DNA from: an uncultured Acidobacteriota bacterium
Lineage (GTDB): Bacteria; Acidobacteriota; Vicinamibacteria; Vicinamibacterales; SCN-69-37
Direction of reading: 5' to 3'
Length of the DNA stretch: 64,000 nt
Assembly: GCA_963724955.1 (NCBI GenBank)
Contig: CAVRWQ010000003.1
Coordinates: 159,713-223,712, forward strand
Shown: one piece after another, positions 56,271 to 64,000 of the stretch
How positions within the stretch are numbered: the first letter of the stretch is position 1
Layout: each line of letters opens with the position of its first letter
Position numbers and translations under genes: made by a program
Notes under the pieces: generated by a model
Told to the model about the DNA's origin: nothing
Database searches by the model: none
What the model saw: only the letters and a program-made list of their open reading frames with translations

Positions 56271-57181
56271 ATGAACGCGACAGTTTCCGTCAACGGCAGA
56301 ATCTCCGATGCCGCGACGGCGGCGATCTCCGTCTTCGATCATGGGTTTCTGTACGGCGAAGGCGTGTACGAGACGCTGCGCACGTACAACAAAGTGCCGT
56401 TTCTCTTCGATCGGCACGCGCGCCGGCTGCGGCAATCGGCGGCGCTGCTGGCGCTGACGGTGCCGCTTCAGCGACGCCGGGACTGCTCGCCGAGATGCGG
56501 AGGACGACGACGGCGCACCCGGGCGGACTCGACGAGGCGTACATCCGCGTGCTGCTCGACGCGCGGCGTGGGCGAGCTGAGCTACAACCTCGCCGCCTGC
56601 CCCACCGCCTCCGCTCGTCATCATCGTCAAGCCGTTTCCCGAGCCGGCCGCGACGCACCTTCACCGACGGCATTCGCCTGTCGCTCGTCAGCGTGCGCCG
56701 CAATCATCCGCACGCGCTCAACCCGATGATCAAGTCGAACAACCTGATCAACAACGCGCTCGCGATGCAGGAAGCGCTGCGGCGCGGCGCCGAAGAGGCG
56801 CTGATGCAGAACCAGGCGGGCGAGCTCGTCGAGTGCTCGCAGTCGAATTTCTTTCTCGTGCGCGACGGGCAGGTGCTGACGCCGCCCCTCTCGGCCGGCC
56901 TGCTGCCCGGCATCACGCGCGAGTTCGTGCTCGAGCTGGCCGACGAGCTCGGCATTCCGGCGCGCGAGCAGCAGCTCACGCCGGCCGACCTCGCCACCGC
57001 CGACGAGGCGTTCATTACGGGAACCACGCGCGAGGTCACGCCGGTCGTGGCGGTCGATGACCGCGTCATCGCCCGTGGAGCTCCGGGGGAGCTTTCGACG
57101 CGGCTCCTGCGCGTGTACCGCCAGCGCGCGGCGGCGTTGACGCGGCCGCTTCAGGCGGCGGCGTCGCAAACCAATTCCTGA
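56271..57181 (+). CDS. Class IV (fold type IV) aminotransferase: branched-chain / D-amino-acid aminotransferase or aminodeoxychorismate lyase family (about 2 frameshifts)
   Basis: 'ISVFDHGFLYGEGVYETLRTYNKVPFLFDRHARRL', 'YIRVLL', 'IKSNNLINNALAMQEALRRGAEEALM', 'ECSQSNFFLV' and 'GLLPGITREFVLELA...EAFITGTTREVTPV'. Confidence 0.8.
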
Positions 57182-57232
57182 CGGAACTCGTCTCTTAGGC
57201 AGACCACCCCTGGTGTCCGAAATCGGTCATTC

Positions 57233-58309
57233 ATGATCCGTCAACGTGCGCTCTCGCTGTCGATCCTCGCGGCACTCGTCGCCGCCGCCTCCGCCTGCCG
57301 GGGGTCGGAGCCGTCCGGGCCCGCCTCCGGCGCCAAGACCCCCGAGGCCCCGCCGTCGGCGCTGCGCCTGGCCGGCACCGTGGAAGCGACCCGGGCCCGC
57401 AGCGTCATGGTGCCCAGGCTCGCCGGACAGACCGCGCCGACGCTCGTCATCACCGCCCTCGTACGGGCGGGCGCCCGCGTCGAGCCGGGCGACCTCATCG
57501 TGGAGTTCGATCGGCAGGAGCAGGTGCGGCTCGCGACCGAGCGGCGCGCCGAGCTCGTGGACCTCGACGGGCAGATTCAGAAGAAGAAGTCCGAGCACAC
57601 CGTCGCCCGGGCGCGCGACGAAACCGAGCTGGCCGAGGCCGGGCGCAACGTCGAGCGCGCGGCGCTGGAAGCGAGGAAGAACGAGCTGCTCCCACGCATC
57701 GAAGCCGAGAAAAACACGCTCGCCGTCGAGCAGTCCACGGCGCGGCTCGCGCAGCTCAAGGAGACGTTCCAGCTCAAGCGGCAGGCGAACGAGGCCGAGA
57801 TTCGCATCCTCGAGATCCAGCGCGAGCGGGCCGAGCGCGCGCTCAAGTATGCCGAAGGCAACGCGCAGCTCATGGCCGTCAGCGCGCCCTTCGCCGGCTT
57901 TGTCGTCCTCAAGCAGATCTGGAAGGGCAACACGCAGGCGGAGGTGCAGGAGGGCGAAGAGGTGCGGCCCGGCACGCCGATCCTCGACATCGTCGATCCG
58001 GCCGGGATGCAGGTACGCGCCCGTGTAAATCAGGGCGACGTCAACCTCGTATCTCCTGGACAGGCGGCCCGCATCCGCCTGGACGCGTATCCCGAGCTGC
58101 TGTTCAACGGCCGGGTCGAGACGTTGACGCCGCTGGGCGTCTCCAGCACGCTGACCCCCAAGGTGCGCAGTTTCACCGCGGTGGTGTCTATAGAGGGAAT
58201 GGACCCGCAGTTGATGCCTGATTTGAGCGCTTCGGTCGAGATCGTTCCCGGGGCGCCCCAGCCGGCCGCCCCGACCACTCCGCCGTCGGGCCCGCCGGGG
58301 GGCCGGTAG
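57233..58309 (+). CDS. HlyD-family periplasmic adaptor (membrane fusion) lipoprotein
   Basis: Intact 358-aa ORF with the lipobox 'LVAAASAC'. Lipoyl-like 'VRAGARVEPGDLIVEFD', a long coiled coil, and 'APFAGFVV...VRPGTPILDIVDP..MQVRARVNQGDVNLVSPGQAARIRLDAYP'. Confidence 0.8.
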   Translation: MIRQRALSLSILAALVAAASACRGSEPSGPASGAKTPEAPPSALRLAGTVEATRARSVMVPRLAGQTAPTLVITALVRAGARVEPGDLIVEFDRQEQVRLATERRAELVDLDGQIQKKKSEHTVARARDETELAEAGRNVERAALEARKNELLPRIEAEKNTLAVEQSTARLAQLKETFQLKRQANEAEIRILEIQRERAERALKYAEGNAQLMAVSAPFAGFVVLKQIWKGNTQAEVQEGEEVRPGTPILDIVDPAGMQVRARVNQGDVNLVSPGQAARIRLDAYPELLFNGRVETLTPLGVSSTLTPKVRSFTAVVSIEGMDPQLMPDLSASVEIVPGAPQPAAPTTPPSGPPGGR

Positions 58310-59579
58310 GTGCGGCTGCTTCCCTCTTCCGGGGCCGGCCGGGTCGGGCTCGCCCTGGCGGTCGTCCTGGGCGTCGCCGGCGTGGCGGTCTTCGGCCGGA
58401 CGCGTGTCCCTGACCTGCCGACCGCCGAAGTCACGCGCGGCGACTTCGTCGAGATCGTCGAAACGCGCGGCGATATCCGGCCGTTCCGCTCGGTGCTCGT
58501 GACCGCGCCGTACCAGGCGGGCGAGCTGCAGATCCTCGAGATCGCGCCGAACGGCTCCACGGTCAAGAAGGGCGACGTCGTCGCGAAGTTCGACGCGCTG
58601 ACGCTGCGCCGGACGCTGCAGGACCGCCAGTCGGAACTGCGGCAGGCGATCGCCGAGCTCGATCAGGCGCGCGAGCAGGCTCAAGATCACCGAAGAAAAG
58701 GACCGCACGGACGTCACCAAGGCGGGCTACGACGTCGAGCGCGCGAAGATCGACCTCGCGCGATCCCGAAGTCTCGTCGCCGATGGACGTCGAGCGCTCG
58801 AAGCTCGCGCTCGGCGACGCGCAGCAGCGGCTGCGTCGAGCAGGAAGCGAAGGATCGCGCGAACCGCGCCGTCGGCGAAATCGGACATGGCGACGCGGGA
58901 ACGCAAGATCGCGAAGATCAAGGCCGACATCGAGCTGGCCGAGCGCGGGCTCGCGTCGCTGCAGGTGCTGGCGCCGGCCGACGGGACGGTCAGCATCATG
59001 CCGAACTATCCGCGCGAGCGGTCCGATGGGCCCGGCGCAGGAGTTCCGCGCGGGCGATCGCGCCTGGCCCGGCGCGCAGATTCTCGAGCTGCCTGACCTC
59101 ACGTCCATTCACCTGGCGACGCGCATCGACGAAGCCGATCGCGGGCAGCTCAAGACAGATCAGACCGCGACGATTCGCGTGGACGCGATTCCCGATCGCG
59201 AGTACCAGGGCGTCAGTCGCCGACATCTCGATGCTCGCGCGCGTCGACTTCTCGTCCGGGCTGGCCGCCGTCGAAGAACTTCGATCTCAAGCTCACGATC
59301 AAGGACGCCGACACGCGGCTGCGCCCGGGGATGAGCGCGGTGGCGCGCATTGCCGTCGGGCGGATTCCCGACATGCTGCTCGTGCCGGCCGGCGCCATAT
59401 TCACGTCCGAGGGCCGATCGGTCGTCTACAAGCGCACGTCGCGCGGCTTCGTCGAAGATGCCCGATCGACATCGTGCAACGCGCGCGCGAGCAGGTCGGC
59501 GGTCAAGAACGGCCTCGAGCCGGGCGACCGGCTCTCGCTGACGCGGCCGGGCGGGAACGGCAAGCGAGGCAGCAAATGA
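58310..59579 (+). CDS. HlyD-family periplasmic adaptor, second copy (about 5 frameshifts)
   Basis: TM 'VGLALAVVLGVAGVAVF', 'AEVTRGDFVEIVETRGDIRP', 'ILEIAPNGSTVKKGDVVAKFD', a coiled coil, 'IRVDAIPDREYQG', 'LRPGMSAVARIAVGRIPDMLLVPAGAIF' and 'GLEPGDRLSL'. Confidence 0.7.
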
Positions 59580-60911
59580 CGCGGCGACGCGTGCTGACCT
59601 GGAGCACCGTGCTCGTCGTGGCGGGCGCGGTGGCGCTCGTCGCAGTGCGGCTCGCCGGCTCCGACTCGGGGGTGACATCGACGGCGGCCGCGCCGCGGCG
59701 GGCCGCTCATCCCCACGACGCGGATCACGCGCGGCCCGCTCGAGCTGAGCGTGCACGCGACCGGCGAGGTCCGCGCGGCCAAGTCTGCCCTGCTCATCGC
59801 GCCGTCGGTCGGCGGCACACTGCGCATTCTGACGCTGCTCGCCGACGGGCACGGCGGTGAAGACCGGCGACATCGATCGCCGAGCTCGACCCGACCGAGC
59901 AGGTCTACGCGCTCGAGCAGGCGCGATCGGAGCTGCAGCAGGCCGAGCAGGAGATCGTGAAGCGCAAGGCCGACGCGGCCGTGCAGGCGGCCCAGGACAA
60001 AGTGGAGCTGCTCACCGCGCGCTTCGACGTGCGGCGCGCCGAGCTCGACAGCGCGGTCGACAGGGACCTCATTCGCCGCCAACCAGTTCGCGAAGCGGCA
60101 ACTGGCGCTCGAGGAGGCCAAGCGGCGGCTCGAGCAGATTCGAGGGCGACGTGAAGTCGCGCGCCGAGGCGAGCAAGGCGGCGCTCGTGCTCGTCGAGGA
60201 ACGCCGCGCCAAAGCCGAGCTGTCCGCCACGCGCGCGCAGCAGAACATCGAGAGCCTGGTGATCAAGGCGCCGATCGACGGTCACGTCGTCGTGCGCGAA
60301 AACCGCGATGCCGCCGGCGGCTTCTTCTTTCGGGGCATGACGCTGCCCGAGTATCGCGCCGGCGACAACACGTTCGCAGGACGCCCGGTCGCCGACGTCT
60401 TCGATTTGTCGGCCATGGAGATGCGCGTCAAGGTCGGCGAGCAGGATCGCGCAATGTCACGGCGGGCCAGAAGGCGACGGTCACCGCCGACTCGCTGCCC
60501 GACGTGAAGTTCGACGCCGCGGTCGTGACGATCGCCGGCATGGCGCAGGCGAACTTCTGGGAGATGACGGGGCCGATGCGGCAGTTCGATGCGATGTTGA
60601 ACGTCGAGCGCCCCGACCCCCGTCTGCGGCCGGGATCGACCGTCAGGGTGATTCTGGCCGGGCAACGTGTCGACAACGTGCTGCAGTTGCCGCTTCAGGC
60701 CGTCCGGCAGAAGGACGGCAAGCCGATCGTGTACGTGCAGACCGGGAGCGGCTTCGAGCCGCGCGACGGTCAAGGTCGCGCTACCGGACCGAGAGCCGCG
60801 TCGGGCATCGAGGGCATCGACGAAGGCACGGTCATCGCGCTCGTGGACCCGCAGGCCGCGGCGCGCAGCAGCCGAAAAGCAGGCCTCGTCGAGTCCGACG
60901 GGAGGCATCAA
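59577..60911 (+). CDS. HlyD-family periplasmic adaptor, third copy (about 3 frameshifts; 3' end approximate)
   Basis: TM 'VLTWSTVLVVAGAVALVAV', 'RGPLELSVHATGEVRAAKSALLIAPSVGGTLRIL', a coiled coil, 'IKAPIDGHVVV', 'VTADSLPDVKFDAAVVTIAG', 'LRPGSTVRVIL', 'LQLPLQAV' and 'IVYVQTG'. Confidence 0.75.
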
Positions 60912-62220
60912 GTGAGCGCGGCGACCGCGCTCACGACGACGGCCGCCCCACGCAACGCGCGCCGCGGCCTCGACATCCTCCCGGAGCTCGAACAGGGATT
61001 CGACAACCTTCGCGCGCACAAGCTCCGCTCGCTGCTGACCATGCTGGGCATGATCTTCGGCGTGTCGGCCGTGATCGCGATGCTCTCGATCGGCGCCGGC
61101 GCGCAGCAGCAGGTCATCGCCTTCATCGAGCAACTCGGCGTCCGCAACGTCATCGTCGAGGCGCGCGAAGCCGGCGACTCGCAGGCGCTGCAGCGCGTGC
61201 GCAAGATGTCGGCCGGGCTGTCGTTCCAGGACTTCCGATCGATTCAGGCGAATCGTCGACGGCATCGCGGCGACGACGGCGCGCAAGCGAATGGTGCCGA
61301 CCAAGCTGCTGCCGAAGCCGCAGGGCGAGATGCCGACGCTCTACGGCGTCTCGACGGTCGTACCAGCGCATCGCGAACCTGCAGGTCACGCGCGGCCGGT
61401 TCTTCACCGACGCCGAAGAGCACGCCGGCGCCGCGCCGTCGCTGTGCTCGGACAGGCAGCCGCCGCCGGCCTCTTCGGCGCCACCGACCCGGTCGGTCAG
61501 TTCGTCAAGGTCAACCAGCAGTGGTTCCGCGTCGATCGGCGTCGCCGGACCGCAGCTCAGCACGCAGAGCGATCTCGCCGGCGTGCCGGCCCAGGATCAG
61601 AACAACCTGATCTACGTGCCGCTCAAGTCGGCCATGCTCCGGCTCGAGGATTCGCTCAGCTGGCAGAAGGACGAGATCGACGGCGATCTACATCAACCTG
61701 AAGCCGGACGCCGACGTCGTCACGGCGGGCGCGGTCGTGCGCGGACTGCTCGACGTCGCGCACCGCGGCGCGACCGACTTCAGCGTCATCATTCCGGCCG
61801 AGCTGCTCGCCCAGCAGCAGCGCACCAAGCGGCTCTTCGAGATCGTCATGGTGGCGATCGCGTCGATCTCGCTGCTCGTCGGCGGCATCGGCATCATGAA
61901 CATCATGCTCGCGAGCGTGATGGAGCGCACGCGCGAGATCGGCGTGCGCCGCGCGATCGGCGCCACGCGTCGCGCGATCGTCCGTCAGTTCCTGGTCGAG
62001 ACGACGCTGATCACGGTCACCGGCGGCCTCGTCGGCACGATCGTGGGCATCGTCGCTGTCGCAGCTGGTGGCCTACTTCGCCGGCTGGGAGACCGTCGTG
62101 ACGGTCACGTCCGTCGCGGTCGCGTGCTTCGTGTCAGTGACGATCGGGATCGTCTTCGGGCTCTACCCCGCCATGCGCGCGGCCAAGCTCGATCCGGTGG
62201 CCGCGCTCCATTACGAATAA
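60912..62220 (+). CDS. MacB/FtsX-type ABC transporter permease (MacB periplasmic core plus FtsX domains), no ATPase domain or gene adjacent (about 5 frameshifts)
   Basis: '[37 protein letters not shown]', 'VNQQWFRV', '[56 protein letters not shown]' and the end '[23 protein letters not shown]' (TAA at 62218-62220). Confidence 0.8.
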
Positions 62221-62224
62221 CAAG

Positions 62225-62271
62225 AGCTTCACCATGAAGACGTGAAGACATGAAGTGCGATCGAGCGCTCT

Positions 62272-62300
<29 letters not shown>
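62225..62300. terminator. Long hairpin (CATGAAGA words) between the permease gene and gcvP; the right arm overlaps the last gcvP codons
   Basis: Left arm agcttcaccatgaagacgtgaagacatgaag. Loop about 14 nt. Right arm cttcatgtcttcagttcttcatggttcagct. About 31-nt arms with about 4 mismatches. Confidence 0.7.

Positions 62301-64000
<1,700 letters not shown>

Overview
High-GC (about two-thirds G+C or more by eye) chromosomal segment of a diderm bacterium. Gene content and style are reminiscent of Acidobacteriota-type genomes, which is an inference and not a database result. The window is almost fully coding, with about 60 protein genes. I saw no rRNA, tRNA, CRISPR array, transposase or prophage genes.

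Gene order, left to right:
- hpf-hprK-rapZ-EIIA(Man)-HPr-EI, a regulatory PTS cluster with no permease
- cupin gene, then ssb
- complete Tol-Pal cluster on the minus strand (tolQ-tolR-tolA-tolB-pal-cpoB)
- recN, miaB, a DUF151-type nuclease, parA-parB
- lptF-lptG, a PHP metallohydrolase, metK, xerD
- amino-sugar / murein recycling cluster (murQ, nagB, GlcNAc-kinase-like, GHL10, beta-lactamase-like)
- orphan pseudopilin divergent from an Ig/PKD lipoprotein
- vapBC and a small lipoprotein
- ten-gene minus-strand type IV-filament / T2SS-like operon: SLT, gspF, gspE, pilM, pilN, pilO, pilP-like, TPR-lipo-secretin with a cohesin-like tail, 2x gspG
- lipoprotein, then an isolated BMC shell protein plus acylating aldehyde dehydrogenase pair
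- mltD-like, yifB/comM, M23 peptidase, secA, guaB, tsaE, nnr, class IV aminotransferase
- three tandem HlyD-type adaptors plus an orphan MacB/FtsX permease
- the 3' part of gcvP

Two global observations:
1. Many genes, including essential ones such as secA, guaB, metK, recN and miaB, can only be read by stitching 2-3 frames. These are single-nucleotide indels, clustered in some segments and absent in others. They are most likely consensus errors, so I call these genes CDS rather than pseudogenes, and the boundaries at indel sites are approximate.
2. Many intergenic spacers carry unusual hairpins or tandem arrays built from short repeated words. These include a ~360-nt array just downstream of parB.

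The most interesting candidates are the word-built hairpin family, the orphan BMC-H plus aldehyde dehydrogenase with a C-terminal tail, and the lipobox-TPR-secretin-cohesin-like fusion inside a hybrid T2SS/T4P operon. No single obviously novel multi-gene system (for example a defence island) could be supported.
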